A stretch of 64,000 nt of DNA from an uncultured Alphaproteobacteria bacterium (GCA_937888725.1 CALARE010000010.1:4876-68875), one strand, 5' to 3'. Shown: positions 43,507 to 53,823, counted from the stretch's first letter. Notes: generated by a model from the sequence alone, not told the origin. Program-made: numbers and translations.

Positions 43507-43517
43507 GGAATTGACTG

Positions 43518-44561
43518 TTGAGCGAAACATTAGTCATATCAATTGATGCGATGGGGGGCGATAATGCTCCCCAATCAGTGATTGAAGGCGTCAGCCTTGT
43601 CGCAAAAAAAGAACCATCTGTATTTTTCTTCCTATACGGAGATGAAACACAGATAAAAAAATTAGCCGATGAATATAAAATACCTGATACACGATACAAA
43701 ATTCATCACACAACAGATGTAATCAGAGGAGATGCAAAACCCTCTATTGCCATTCGTAGTGGTCGTGAAAGTAGCATGTGGAAAGCCATCATGTCTGTTC
43801 GCAATGGTTATTCTAAGGCCGTTGTGTCAGCAGGGAACACGGGAGCATTAATGGCTATGAGTAAAATTTGTCTTGGCACACTTCCTGGAATTGATAGACC
43901 CGCTATCGCGGCTGTTTTACCAACAAGTAAAACACCTCTTGTTGCCTTAGATTTAGGGGCAAATGCAGAGTGTAATTCACAAAATCTTGTTGAATTTGCG
44001 ATTATGGGGCATGTTTTACATCGCGTTTTATATAAAACGAAACAACCTACTGTTGGCTTGTTGAATATTGGCTCTGAAGAAACAAAGGGCCGTGATGAAA
44101 TAAGAGAGGCCGCCACCACATTAAAAGCATTAGAGGATAAAATTAACTTTATCGGCTTTGTTGAAGGCAATGATATTTGTGCAGGAAAAGCAGATGTTAT
44201 TGTTTCTGATGGTTTTTCTGGCAACATCGCATTAAAAACCATCGAAGGGACCGCAAAATTCATTACAACAATTCTTAAAAAAACAATCAAACAATCTTTA
44301 GTTTCTAAGATTGGATTTTTATTAGCTACGCCCGCTTTACTCAAAATGAAAAAGGAAATGGATCCAAGAAATTATAATGGAGCTATGTTTTTGGGATTAA
44401 AGGGGATATCTGTTAAAAGTCATGGGGGTGCAGATGCATACGCTTTCGCTTGTGCATTAGAATCAGCAATTCATATGGCAAAAAATGATTTGTGCAATAA
44501 AATAAAAGAGGAACTTCGTCATACAATTGATGTTGATGTTCCAGATGTTATCGTTGAATAA
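43518..44561 (+). CDS. plsX: phosphate acyltransferase PlsX
   Basis: ISIDAMGGDNAP, NTGALMA and GLLNIGSEE motifs. TTG start. rpmF-plsX-fabH synteny. Confidence 0.95.
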   Translation: MSETLVISIDAMGGDNAPQSVIEGVSLVAKKEPSVFFFLYGDETQIKKLADEYKIPDTRYKIHHTTDVIRGDAKPSIAIRSGRESSMWKAIMSVRNGYSKAVVSAGNTGALMAMSKICLGTLPGIDRPAIAAVLPTSKTPLVALDLGANAECNSQNLVEFAIMGHVLHRVLYKTKQPTVGLLNIGSEETKGRDEIREAATTLKALEDKINFIGFVEGNDICAGKADVIVSDGFSGNIALKTIEGTAKFITTILKKTIKQSLVSKIGFLLATPALLKMKKEMDPRNYNGAMFLGLKGISVKSHGGADAYAFACALESAIHMAKNDLCNKIKEELRHTIDVDVPDVIVE

Positions 44562-44576
44562 AAAAAGGGTTATAAA

Positions 44577-45551
44577 ATGATTAGATCTATCATCTCTGGA
44601 GTTGGCGGTTATCTGCCTGAAAAAATTTTAACAAATTTTGATTTAGAAAAAATGGTCGAAACCAGTGATGAATGGATTCGTGAACGAACAGGCATCCAAT
44701 CTCGTCATATAGCAGCTCAAGATCAAACGACATCGAGCTTAGCAATTGAAGCTGGTAAAGATGCATTAAAAAATGCTGGATTAACAGGGACAGATTTGGA
44801 TTTAATTATTTTAGCCACAACAACTCCAGATGATACAACTCCTGCGACTGCTATGCGTGTTCAAGCAGATTTAGGTGCCGTTAATGCTTTTGCATTTGAT
44901 GTACAAGCTGCTTGCTCAGGTTTTATGTATGCTCTTAGTGTTGCAGATAAATTTATTCAAACTGGGACTGTTAAAACAGCACTCGTCATTGGAGCTGAAA
45001 CGCTCTCTCGTATTGTTGATTGGAACGATAGAAACACTTGTGTTCTTTTTGGAGATGGAGCTGGAGCCGTTATTCTACAGGCAAAAGAAATAGATAAAAA
45101 TGATGTTAATAGTGCCGGGATTTTAGATATCATTTTACATTCTGATGGCACATTAAGAGATTTACTCACAACCACAGGTGGTGTATCTCGCACACAAACA
45201 GCAGGTTATGTTCATATGGAAGGGAGAGAAGTTTTCCGACATGCTGTTACAAATTTATCAAATGTAGCACAAGAAGTCATTGACAAAACAAATATTTCTC
45301 TTGCTGATATTGATTTTTTGGTACCACATCAAGCTAATATTCGCATTATTGAGGGAACAGCTAAAAAATTAGATATTAGCCTAGATAAGGTTATTATCAC
45401 ACTTCCTCACCAAGGCAATACATCTGCAGCATCCATTCCATTAGCACTGTATGAGGGTGTTAAATCTCAAAAATTGAAAAAAGGAGATTTAATTTTATTA
45501 GATGCTATGGGAGCTGGTTTTACTTGGGCCGGAGCTCTTATTAGATTATAA
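44577..45551 (+). CDS. fabH: 3-oxoacyl-ACP synthase III
   Basis: TSDEWIRERTGI, active-site AACSGF, VPHQANIRII, GNTSAASIPLAL. Confidence 0.95.
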   Translation: MIRSIISGVGGYLPEKILTNFDLEKMVETSDEWIRERTGIQSRHIAAQDQTTSSLAIEAGKDALKNAGLTGTDLDLIILATTTPDDTTPATAMRVQADLGAVNAFAFDVQAACSGFMYALSVADKFIQTGTVKTALVIGAETLSRIVDWNDRNTCVLFGDGAGAVILQAKEIDKNDVNSAGILDIILHSDGTLRDLLTTTGGVSRTQTAGYVHMEGREVFRHAVTNLSNVAQEVIDKTNISLADIDFLVPHQANIRIIEGTAKKLDISLDKVIITLPHQGNTSAASIPLALYEGVKSQKLKKGDLILLDAMGAGFTWAGALIRL

Positions 45552-45644
45552 TTTTTTCTCATAGTGAGAAAAAAATACTTGAAAATATTTGAATTTTATG
45601 ACATTCTAGGATTAGAAAATTTTTAATTAATAAAGGAAAAAAAC

Positions 45645-45938
45645 ATGACACAAAAAACAATTACACGTGCAGATATAGCAGATGCTATCTATCGCGAACT
45701 TGGGTTTTCACACGCTGAATCATTTAAGTTGATTGAACAAATGTTACAAGATATTATCGAAGCATTGTCTGAAGGTGAAACAGTGAAAATTTCCAAATTT
45801 GCTTCATTTATCCCTCACAAGAAAAAAGAACGTGTCGGTCGCAATCCAAAAACAGGTGTCAAACATGCTATTTCACCACGTACAGTTGTTTCATTTAAGG
45901 CATCTAATACCTTAAAAAATATGTTAAAAAATAGCTAA
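45645..45938 (+). CDS. ihfA: integration host factor alpha subunit
   Basis: 97 aa. TITRADIADAIYRELG... ERVGRNPKTGVKHAISPRTVVSFKAS. Matches alphaproteobacterial IhfA as recalled, and sits in the usual position after fabH. Confidence 0.9.
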   Translation: MTQKTITRADIADAIYRELGFSHAESFKLIEQMLQDIIEALSEGETVKISKFASFIPHKKKERVGRNPKTGVKHAISPRTVVSFKASNTLKNMLKNS

Positions 45939-45950
45939 TAGGAGTGTTTT

Positions 45951-46295
45951 ATGCTAAAGGCTGAAAATGCCTATCGAACCATAACAGAAGTTGCAGAATT
46001 ACTGCAAGTACCTGCGTCTGTTTTGCGGTTTTGGGAAACACAGTTTTACCAAATAAAACCGATGAAACGAATGGGAAGACGGTATTATCAGGCTGAAGAT
46101 GTTGTTTTATTAGCAAGGATTCGCGATTACCTTTATAAAGAAGGTTTTACCATAAAAGGGGTACAAAAAAGACTGCGGGCTAATAAATCATCTACAGGGA
46201 GCATTGTTGAAAAGGATTCGTCTAATTTAGCAATTGATAAATTCGTTCAAGAAATCTCTGAAATAAAATCAACCCTTGAGGATTATATCTCGTAA
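45951..46295 (+). CDS. MerR-family transcriptional regulator
   Basis: [25 protein letters not shown]...[30 protein letters not shown]. The ihfA-adjacent MerR gene is conserved in Alphaproteobacteria. Confidence 0.85.
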   Translation: MLKAENAYRTITEVAELLQVPASVLRFWETQFYQIKPMKRMGRRYYQAEDVVLLARIRDYLYKEGFTIKGVQKRLRANKSSTGSIVEKDSSNLAIDKFVQEISEIKSTLEDYIS

Positions 46296-46326
46296 AAGAA
46301 GTGCTATTTTATAGCACTTCTTTTTA
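46295..46326. terminator. bidirectional terminator
   Basis: GAAGTGCTAT(46298-46307)/ATAGCACTTC(46311-46320), 3-nt loop, TTTTT after. Confidence 0.7.
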
Positions 46327-46330
46327 TCTC

Positions 46331-46366
46331 TTATTTTTTCTTTGTTCCACATCCGCAACCTGGCAT
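46331..46366 (-). CDS. candidate 11-codon micro-ORF MPGCGCGTKKK
   Basis: The minus strand reads AGGAGGGG-ATTAAT-ATG CCA GGT TGC GGA TGT GGA ACA AAG AAA AAA TAA. A perfect TTGACA (46443-46438) -N17- TAATTT lies upstream. The terminator hairpin starts 10 nt after the stop. No homology evidence. Confidence 0.25.
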   Translation of the reverse strand: MPGCGCGTKKK

Positions 46367-46495
46367 ATTAATCCCCTCCTTTCCTATTTGAATATGAAAA
46401 TTATCTACCTAAATAAATTAAGAATCGCTTTTATACTTGTCAATAGAGAATATTTTTGCTAGACTTAAGAAAAATTTACCAATCCGATATACCCA

Positions 46496-47269
46496 ATGAT
46501 AAAAAAAATTAATAAAATTTTTATAACATTATTTCTTTTATTTGTTTCAGGTTGTGCAAATAAAAATCCGCTAACAGAATTTCAATTTCAAACTCTGACT
46601 GTGCCACCGTATGTCGTTGCCTCGTGGTACCGAATTACAGAACCAGGAATGCCTTTAAGAATTTATATTGAAGGTGACGGACATTCTTTTGATGCCTATA
46701 ATAGGCCTACAAACAACCCAACTCCACGCTCAACTTTTTTAAGAGATATTGCATCAAAAGATCCCAATCCAAATGTTGTTTATCTTGCACGACCTTGTCA
46801 ATATTTACAGACAAGTACATGTACACAAAATGATTGGACTTGTGCTCGTTTTTCACCACAAATTGTCAACAGTATGGAGGCATCTGTTCACTTGCTTTCC
46901 AAAAAAGCACGCACAAAAGATTTAATCCTCATTGGATATTCTGGCGGAGCACAAATTGCAGGATTGATTGCTGTAAGGAATCCAAAACAGATTCAAAAAA
47001 TTGTCACCATTGCTGGCGTCCTCGATCAAGAAGCTTGGACAACTTACCATCAAGATACACCACTAACAGGTTCTCTTAATCTAAAAGATTTTCAATCAAT
47101 TTTTAAAACAATTCCGCAAAAACATTTTGTTGGTGGAAAAGATAAAGTTGTTCCTGTTGAGCTAACAAAAACATTTGTTGGCGATGATACCAAAATTGTT
47201 ATTCTTCCAAAAGCCGACCACCAAAATGGTTTTGATTCCATTGTTCAAGAGATTTACCAAATAGATTAA
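46496..47269 (+). CDS. alpha/beta-hydrolase lipoprotein
   Basis: Lipobox LLFVSGCA. Nucleophile elbow LIGYSGGAQIAG (GxSxG). C-terminal ...KADHQNGF supplies a candidate catalytic His. Confidence 0.65.
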   Translation: MIKKINKIFITLFLLFVSGCANKNPLTEFQFQTLTVPPYVVASWYRITEPGMPLRIYIEGDGHSFDAYNRPTNNPTPRSTFLRDIASKDPNPNVVYLARPCQYLQTSTCTQNDWTCARFSPQIVNSMEASVHLLSKKARTKDLILIGYSGGAQIAGLIAVRNPKQIQKIVTIAGVLDQEAWTTYHQDTPLTGSLNLKDFQSIFKTIPQKHFVGGKDKVVPVELTKTFVGDDTKIVILPKADHQNGFDSIVQEIYQID

Positions 47270-47278
47270 GGAGACAAA

Positions 47279-48232
47279 ATGACAAAAACAGTTTGGGTTC
47301 TTGCAGATGATAGGATGGGCAATGTCAACCAACTGTTAGGCATAGCTGAAAATTTAGGTTATCCCTATGTCAGAAAAGATATTCGTTATACAAAGTGGGT
47401 TAAATTACCTAATTTTTTAAGGGGAAAAACGCTTATTGGCTTAACAAATGAATCAAAGGAAAATCTAAAAACAACTTCATTCCCAGATATCGTATTAAGT
47501 GCTGGACGCCGTTCATTTCCTGTTGCTCTTTGGATAAAAAAACAATCCAAAGGGAAAACAAAAATTGTTCAATTAATGAATCCAGGAATAGCACATTTTA
47601 AAACAGCCGATCTTGTTGTATTGCCGTACCACGATCAATACAAAGGGTATTCAAAAAATGTACTTTTAACTCTTGGCACACCACACAGAATTACACCCAA
47701 ACGTCTTATTGATGAAAAGAAAAAATGGGAACCCGTATTCCAAAATTATAAGGCTCCACGTTTATCATTAATTGTTGGCGGAGCAACAAAAAACAAACCG
47801 TTTACTATCGAAATGGCAAAAACATTATTAAATGATGCATTATCACTTTCACCAAAAAGTATTTTAGTGACAACATCAAGAAGAACGCCTAATGAAGTGA
47901 CAACATATTTAAAAGATAATCTTCCACAAGAAATAACTTTTTTCTACCAATTTGGCGATAAACAAGAAAATCCTTATTTCGGACTTATGGCATGTGCTGA
48001 TATGATTCTTGTTACAGGCGACTCCATGTCAATGTGCTCTGAATGTTGTGCAACCAATGTACCTGTTTTTATTTTTGCACCAGATGCTATGATGAGTGAA
48101 AAACACAAACGCTTTCATTTTTCTCTTTTTAAAGAAGGGTACGCACTTCCGTCTGGCTCAAAAATGCAATCTGTCAAGGGTGGATTTAATCCCTCTGCAA
48201 AAATCATTCATCATATAAAAAATTTATTTTAG
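47279..48232 (+). CDS. ELM1/COG3660-family protein (GT-B-like, function unknown)
   Basis: The N-terminus VWVLADDRMGNVNQLLGIAENLGYPY resembles the ELM1-family signature (WvLtDgkaGnenQclGlAeaLG). AAGGAG upstream. Confidence 0.6.
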   Translation: MTKTVWVLADDRMGNVNQLLGIAENLGYPYVRKDIRYTKWVKLPNFLRGKTLIGLTNESKENLKTTSFPDIVLSAGRRSFPVALWIKKQSKGKTKIVQLMNPGIAHFKTADLVVLPYHDQYKGYSKNVLLTLGTPHRITPKRLIDEKKKWEPVFQNYKAPRLSLIVGGATKNKPFTIEMAKTLLNDALSLSPKSILVTTSRRTPNEVTTYLKDNLPQEITFFYQFGDKQENPYFGLMACADMILVTGDSMSMCSECCATNVPVFIFAPDAMMSEKHKRFHFSLFKEGYALPSGSKMQSVKGGFNPSAKIIHHIKNLF

Positions 48233-48241
48233 GAGATATTC

Positions 48242-49237
48242 GTGGCAAAACTATCTGTTTTAATAGCACTTTCAAGTAATGAAAATATTACAAATTTATG
48301 TTTGGAAAGTTTAACACTGCAAACTTTTGATGATTTTGAATGCTTATGTGTTATACAAAATCAAGATGAATATCCCTTTCTATTAAATCTTATCAAAAAA
48401 GATAATCGTTTTAAATTAATAAAAACACAAAGCATCCCAGAAACGAAATGGGATGCATACAACGAAGCTTTATATCACGTAAAGGGGAAATATGTCCTTT
48501 TCTTAAATGATACAGATTTGCTCCACATTCAAGCTTTGGATATTTTTTATGATTCTTTGCGTTACACACATACACAATTAGCCACATCAAACCCAACGTA
48601 TTTTTCCACACAAAAAGTCGAAAAAAAACAAAAAAGCATTATCCATTTTGATAAAAGCGTATTAAAAAAACGAAATCAGAATATTTTACCTGATTTTTGG
48701 CAAGAAAATCCGTTTCATATTGATGCACAATTGGAAGGGAAAGTATTTAGTGCAGAAATTGTTTCTTATCTTAAATTTCACACAAATTTAAAAGAATTTG
48801 CTCCTTACTTTTTTATAGAACAATTTTATTCACTTATTAAAGATATTGTTTACATTAAACATCCAATTTATCTTTGTAGAAAGGAATCTCATATCCCCGC
48901 ACTATCTTCTTTTGAAACGCTTGTGAATTTAAAAGAACGTATTATTTTTGAGTACGCATACTTTATAGAATCTGGGCGAATAAACGGGTATAATACTATT
49001 GTGTTAAAAAGAAGATGTTCACAAGACTTTTTTAATGCCTTAAAACAGGTTATTTTGCATACACCTGAACGTACTCTCATCTGCATTAACCAACAAATTA
49101 TTACCCTCATTCATGAAATGAAAGAATATGACATGATGCAAGGATTAAGTTTATCCATATTTCAAAAAACGATTGTTTTTTTATTAACAAAAAACAAACT
49201 TTCCTTTGCAAAAAAATTGCTAAAATTTTTATTTTAA
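48242..49237 (+). CDS. family-2 glycosyltransferase-like protein
   Basis: LSVLIALSSNENITNLCLESLTLQTFDDFECLCV fits the GT2 N-terminal pattern, but the DxD region is atypical. GTG start 6 nt after AGGAG. Confidence 0.5.
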   Translation: MAKLSVLIALSSNENITNLCLESLTLQTFDDFECLCVIQNQDEYPFLLNLIKKDNRFKLIKTQSIPETKWDAYNEALYHVKGKYVLFLNDTDLLHIQALDIFYDSLRYTHTQLATSNPTYFSTQKVEKKQKSIIHFDKSVLKKRNQNILPDFWQENPFHIDAQLEGKVFSAEIVSYLKFHTNLKEFAPYFFIEQFYSLIKDIVYIKHPIYLCRKESHIPALSSFETLVNLKERIIFEYAYFIESGRINGYNTIVLKRRCSQDFFNALKQVILHTPERTLICINQQIITLIHEMKEYDMMQGLSLSIFQKTIVFLLTKNKLSFAKKLLKFLF

Positions 49238-49240
49238 GAT

Positions 49241-49828
49241 TTACTTTGCTCCACGGATTTCATCATATCGCTTTTTAATTTCTTGTATATCTGCCCACAT
49301 CAAAGCCTTAGGAGAACCAGGTCTAGCAATTGGATTTCTAAGCAAATATGAGGGGTGAAAAATAGGCATCATTTTTGACCCATAAGGACCATCAAACCAC
49401 TTACCTCTCACTTTTGAAATAGCTCCAGCATCGGGCAAAAAAGATGTTAATGCAACACGGCCACAGAGCAAAATAATTTTTGGTTTTAAAATTCTCAACT
49501 GTTCATCCAAATAAAAGCGGCATGCTTTTTTTTCATCAGGAAGCGGATCTCGATTTTCTGGAGGTCGACACTTTAACGTATTGCAAATATAAATATCCTT
49601 TTCCCGAGTTAATCCAACCGATTCTAAAATTTTATCTAAAAGTTGCCCTGCTCGACCGACAAAGGGTTTTCCTTGCATATCTTCATTAAAACCTGGTGCT
49701 TCACCAATCAAAACAATATTTGAATTTGGAATACCATCTGAAAAAACAATATTTGTTCTTGTTTTCCCTAATGGGCATTTTTGACATTCTAAACATTGTT
49801 TTTTTATATTTTCTAATTCTTCAAACAT
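49241..49828 (-). CDS. uracil-DNA glycosylase, family 4
   Basis: CQKCPL...IVLIGEAPGFNEDMQGKPFVGRAGQLLDKIL and HPSYLLRNP. Fe-S Cys ligands present. GGAGG upstream of ATG 49828, so the track start at 49879 is an over-extension. Confidence 0.85.
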   Translation of the reverse strand: MFEELENIKKQCLECQKCPLGKTRTNIVFSDGIPNSNIVLIGEAPGFNEDMQGKPFVGRAGQLLDKILESVGLTREKDIYICNTLKCRPPENRDPLPDEKKACRFYLDEQLRILKPKIILLCGRVALTSFLPDAGAISKVRGKWFDGPYGSKMMPIFHPSYLLRNPIARPGSPKALMWADIQEIKKRYDEIRGAK

Positions 49829-49947
49829 AAAACCTCCATTATTTTTCTCCACTTTACAAAATATTTTATAAAAAAACAATCTTTAAAAGGGTGTCTTGAT
49901 TTTTTTATATATTCTGTGCTAAATAAAAAGATAAGAAAGGTTTTATA

Positions 49948-50925
49948 ATGAAAAAAAAGCAACTACCAGATATAGATAAATTTTCAAAATTTTTATCAAT
50001 GAAAATTTTGAAAAAGCCTATTATATCTATATATCAATTTAAACGTGGTGCGTCCTCTTTTAACTATTTAGTCAAACTAAAAGATAGAAAATTTCTTGTT
50101 AAATTGGCTTGGAAACATAAAAAAGAGGGTGTGGAACGGTTAGTTAGTATAATAAAGACATTAACAACTCAACAAACCATTCCGCTTGCTGGTATTATAC
50201 CTATACAAAATGATTATTTATTTAAATACAAAGACAGCTATGGTTTTGTATTAGAATATATTGATGCTAAATCTATCCCTGCAAATAAATTTTCATCTTA
50301 TCATTTAGCAACTGTTTTACAAACATACCACCTTTTTCAACAAACAAAATGGGTGGATAAAAACCTTCTTATTCCTGCTTATAATTTTGCTGATTTACAA
50401 AAAAAATATTCCGAAAATTGTCTATTAATGGTGAAATCTTTTAAAAGACATCTGTTGTTGAAATATCTTCTTAAAATAATGCAAAAAAAATTACTAGAAA
50501 TTGGAAAAACACCTCTTAAAATTGTTCCAGAAAAAAAATGCGTTATTCACGGGGATTTTCACCATAACAATATTTTATTCCAAGATAAAAAACTTGCTGC
50601 AATTCTTGATTTTGAAGACATTGGTTATGGTTATGCATCAGAAGATCTTATTCGATTTATTTTATGTTTGAATGCTCGATTACCTATTTTTTATAATGCC
50701 AAAAAACGTCTTATAAATACATTGGATATCATAATGGGCGAATTTAAATATAGCTATGACGAATGGATGCTTGGTCTTAATTCTTTTACACTTCAAAAAA
50801 TGAAAAAAGTATTTTCAAAACCACAAAAACCATCGATTGATCTAATTAAGAAACTTTTTCATCTCATTATTTTTATGAAAAAGTATGAATTTCTTGAAAC
50901 CGAAATAAAAAAAAGATGCCTCTAA
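49948..50925 (+). CDS. aminoglycoside/choline-kinase-fold phosphotransferase
   Basis: Catalytic loop VIHGDFHHNNILF and metal-binding ILDFEDIGYG (APH/ChoK-type HxDxxxxN ... DFE). Confidence 0.7.
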   Translation: MKKKQLPDIDKFSKFLSMKILKKPIISIYQFKRGASSFNYLVKLKDRKFLVKLAWKHKKEGVERLVSIIKTLTTQQTIPLAGIIPIQNDYLFKYKDSYGFVLEYIDAKSIPANKFSSYHLATVLQTYHLFQQTKWVDKNLLIPAYNFADLQKKYSENCLLMVKSFKRHLLLKYLLKIMQKKLLEIGKTPLKIVPEKKCVIHGDFHHNNILFQDKKLAAILDFEDIGYGYASEDLIRFILCLNARLPIFYNAKKRLINTLDIIMGEFKYSYDEWMLGLNSFTLQKMKKVFSKPQKPSIDLIKKLFHLIIFMKKYEFLETEIKKRCL

Positions 50926-52517
50926 TCAGCCAAGCTTTTTTGAGCAAAAACATCAGGGTTGTTTAATCCTGCCAATCTAGTAATCGTATGGATGACATTT
51001 TCAGTATTGTATTCAACATCCTTGTTTTTTTGAAGATTATTCACTGTTGTTGGTCTGTCTTTTTTATATTTATCAGATAACCACACAACAAAAGGAACAC
51101 TTGTCATTGGTTCGTTTGCAAGTTCAGAATGTCCCAAAATTTTATGCGTTGTCGTGTCATAAATATCTTCTCCGTGATCACTAAAATACAAACAACAAGC
51201 TTTTTCATTTAAAGCTTCAACATTATCAATAATTTGATTTACTACATAATCAGTATATCTAATACTATCGTCATATGCATTTAGTAAAATATGCCCTTGA
51301 GGCGTTAGTGCTTTATGCCCTAAATTTTCTTTAAAACATTGCCATTCTGCAGGATATCTATTTGTATAGGCAGAATGTGACCCAATTAGATGAATAAAAA
51401 TCATCTTTTTCCTTACTGATTTATCATTTAATATCTTTTCAATATCTGGCAACATATCACCATCAAATCCTGCTTTTTCAAAGCGTTTCATTCCACTAAA
51501 ATTATATGATTTTTCCCAATCAGCATGTGAGGATATAGCCGTTACCAGCGTATCGGATAACGCATATTGATTTGACAACCAATATGTTTTAAAACCAGCC
51601 TGCTTAAAATAATCAACAATTGTTCCTTTTTGTGTTAAAAATTCAGGATGTTCTTTATCTGCAAATGTTAAAACTTTTTCCAAAACAGGCATTGTTTGTG
51701 CAAAAGGAGAATATACCTTATTAAACACAAATAAATCGCTTTTTCTTGCATTTGAAAAAGGCGTTGTATCTCGTTCATACCCATATAACCCTAAGTGAGT
51801 CCTATTTGCTGATTCCCCGATAATAACAATATAAGTTTCTGATTCTTCTTTTGATGTATCAGATGAAATTTCATCAAATGGTTTTGCATTATTTTTTGAA
51901 AGTATTTTCTTTAACTCACCATATGTTTTTTTGTATTCAAAAAAATGATATATCACATTACTATATGGATTTAGCACATAACCATCTTTAAATTTAAACC
52001 CTTTTTTAAATAAATTTCGAATAAATGGGAATCCAAAAATAACACAAATAATTGTCCCCATTAACTGTGTTTTTAGTGTTAGTTCAACACTCTGTATCTG
52101 TAATAGAAAAAAAAGAGGTCCAAAAATAAATAGTCCACCCAAAACAAAAAGTATCGCGGGAATATTTTGTGTTAAAAATTCCTTTGTTTCTTTCATATTT
52201 GAAACAAATAATGTAAAAAAGGTATTTAACCCAATTCTTGTTTTAAATAAATAGATGTGTCCCAGTTCTAAAAACATCAAAGGCATAAAAATAAAATGAA
52301 CACATAACAAATAACCTTTTAAACATTCTGGGAATATAAAAACAGGCAAAAGAACTAGAAAACAAATCGGAAAAGTACGCATAACATCTTTTAAAAACAA
52401 TTGATAAAATTGCTTATTTTTTAAATTAGCCTGTTTAAGTGATTTAAAAAAAGTATAAAATAGAGGCAAAAAACCAATCAAAGCGATATATATTGCACCA
52501 GAAAATAAATTTGACAT
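50922..52517 (-). CDS. phosphoethanolamine transferase (membrane-anchored sulfatase-fold enzyme)
   Basis: About 5 N-terminal TM helices, then YIVIIGESANRTHLGLYGYERDTTP and HLIGSH / YFSDHGE, typical of the EptA/CptA family. Confidence 0.75.
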   Translation of the reverse strand: MSNLFSGAIYIALIGFLPLFYTFFKSLKQANLKNKQFYQLFLKDVMRTFPICFLVLLPVFIFPECLKGYLLCVHFIFMPLMFLELGHIYLFKTRIGLNTFFTLFVSNMKETKEFLTQNIPAILFVLGGLFIFGPLFFLLQIQSVELTLKTQLMGTIICVIFGFPFIRNLFKKGFKFKDGYVLNPYSNVIYHFFEYKKTYGELKKILSKNNAKPFDEISSDTSKEESETYIVIIGESANRTHLGLYGYERDTTPFSNARKSDLFVFNKVYSPFAQTMPVLEKVLTFADKEHPEFLTQKGTIVDYFKQAGFKTYWLSNQYALSDTLVTAISSHADWEKSYNFSGMKRFEKAGFDGDMLPDIEKILNDKSVRKKMIFIHLIGSHSAYTNRYPAEWQCFKENLGHKALTPQGHILLNAYDDSIRYTDYVVNQIIDNVEALNEKACCLYFSDHGEDIYDTTTHKILGHSELANEPMTSVPFVVWLSDKYKKDRPTTVNNLQKNKDVEYNTENVIHTITRLAGLNNPDVFAQKSLAD

Positions 52518-52575
52518 TCCTTTAATATCCTGTATGATAAAAAATATGAATTTATTTTACTGAAAGGGTCAAAAA

Positions 52576-53823
52576 ATGTCAATCTTAATTAGACATGTCT
52601 TACTAAACAATACTCCAGTTGACATTTTAATCAATCAAAATAAAATTGAAAAAATAGCAACACATATTCCAACTGCTCTTTCTGATACAGTTATTCAAGC
52701 AGAAGGAAAAGCTATTCAACCTGCTTTTTATAATATGCATACCCATTCGCCCATGGTTCTATTCAGAGGGATTGGTGAAGATAAAGATTTATTTGATTGG
52801 TTACAAAAAGATATTTGGCCAAGGGAAGAAAAACTAACAAAAGAACAGGTTTATATTGCCTCTCGCATGGCAATATTAGAAATGATTAAAACAGGAACAG
52901 TCCTATTTAATGATATGTATTTTTTTATGGATGAGACAATCCGTGCTATTGACGAAATGGGCGTTCGAGGTCTTGTTTCTTGTGTTGCAATGGATTTATT
53001 TAATCCCCAAACAACCCGTCAAAAGAAAAAAGATATGACAACCTTTATATCTACACCATCGCCTTGTAATCGTGTAATCAAAACAGTCGCCTGCCATGCT
53101 ATCTACACAGTTTCTGAAGAACTACTTTTATTTAGCAGAGATTTGGCATTAAAGAATAACACTTTTTTACACATTCATCTTGCTGAAACAAAAAAAGAAG
53201 TGGATGATTGTCTTGAAAAAACAGGTTTAACACCCACACAATACTTGGATAAATTAGGACTATTAACCAAAAAAACTATTTTAGCCCATTGTGTGTGGCT
53301 AAATGAAGAAGATCAAAATATTATAAAGCAAAGGGGTTGCCTTATTGCACATTGTCCAATTTCAAATTTAAAACTTAATTCAGGACAAATGCCCCTTCAC
53401 ACTTATCAACAAAAAGGGCTTAATATTTCACTTGGTACGGATGGTGCTTCATCCAACAACGCTCTTAGCATGTTTTCAGAAATGAAAATAGCCGCCCTTT
53501 CTGCAAAGGGAGAATCACATAATATCACCGCTGCCCCTGTTCAAAGTATTTTAAATATGGCACAGAAAAATGCCGCCCATTTTTTGGGTTTAAACACAGG
53601 TACAATTCAAGAAGGTACGCTTGCTGATTTTATTTTGATAGATTTAAACAACACACTTACACAGCCAGCGAAATTTTTAAATTCACATATGGTCTATAGT
53701 ATGGATTCATCTTGTATTAGTGATGTTTGTGTTAATGGGCGGTTTGTTCTTCAAAACAAAAACCACCCATTTGAAAATGAAATTATAGACTCATTTATTA
53801 ATTTAAGCGAGTCACTTTTCTAA
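52576..53823 (+). CDS. amidohydrolase (MTA/SAH-deaminase / chlorohydrolase subfamily)
   Basis: Metal ligands NMHTHSPM, HIHLAETKKEV, AHC, GTDGASSNN. Confidence 0.8.
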   Translation: MSILIRHVLLNNTPVDILINQNKIEKIATHIPTALSDTVIQAEGKAIQPAFYNMHTHSPMVLFRGIGEDKDLFDWLQKDIWPREEKLTKEQVYIASRMAILEMIKTGTVLFNDMYFFMDETIRAIDEMGVRGLVSCVAMDLFNPQTTRQKKKDMTTFISTPSPCNRVIKTVACHAIYTVSEELLLFSRDLALKNNTFLHIHLAETKKEVDDCLEKTGLTPTQYLDKLGLLTKKTILAHCVWLNEEDQNIIKQRGCLIAHCPISNLKLNSGQMPLHTYQQKGLNISLGTDGASSNNALSMFSEMKIAALSAKGESHNITAAPVQSILNMAQKNAAHFLGLNTGTIQEGTLADFILIDLNNTLTQPAKFLNSHMVYSMDSSCISDVCVNGRFVLQNKNHPFENEIIDSFINLSESLF

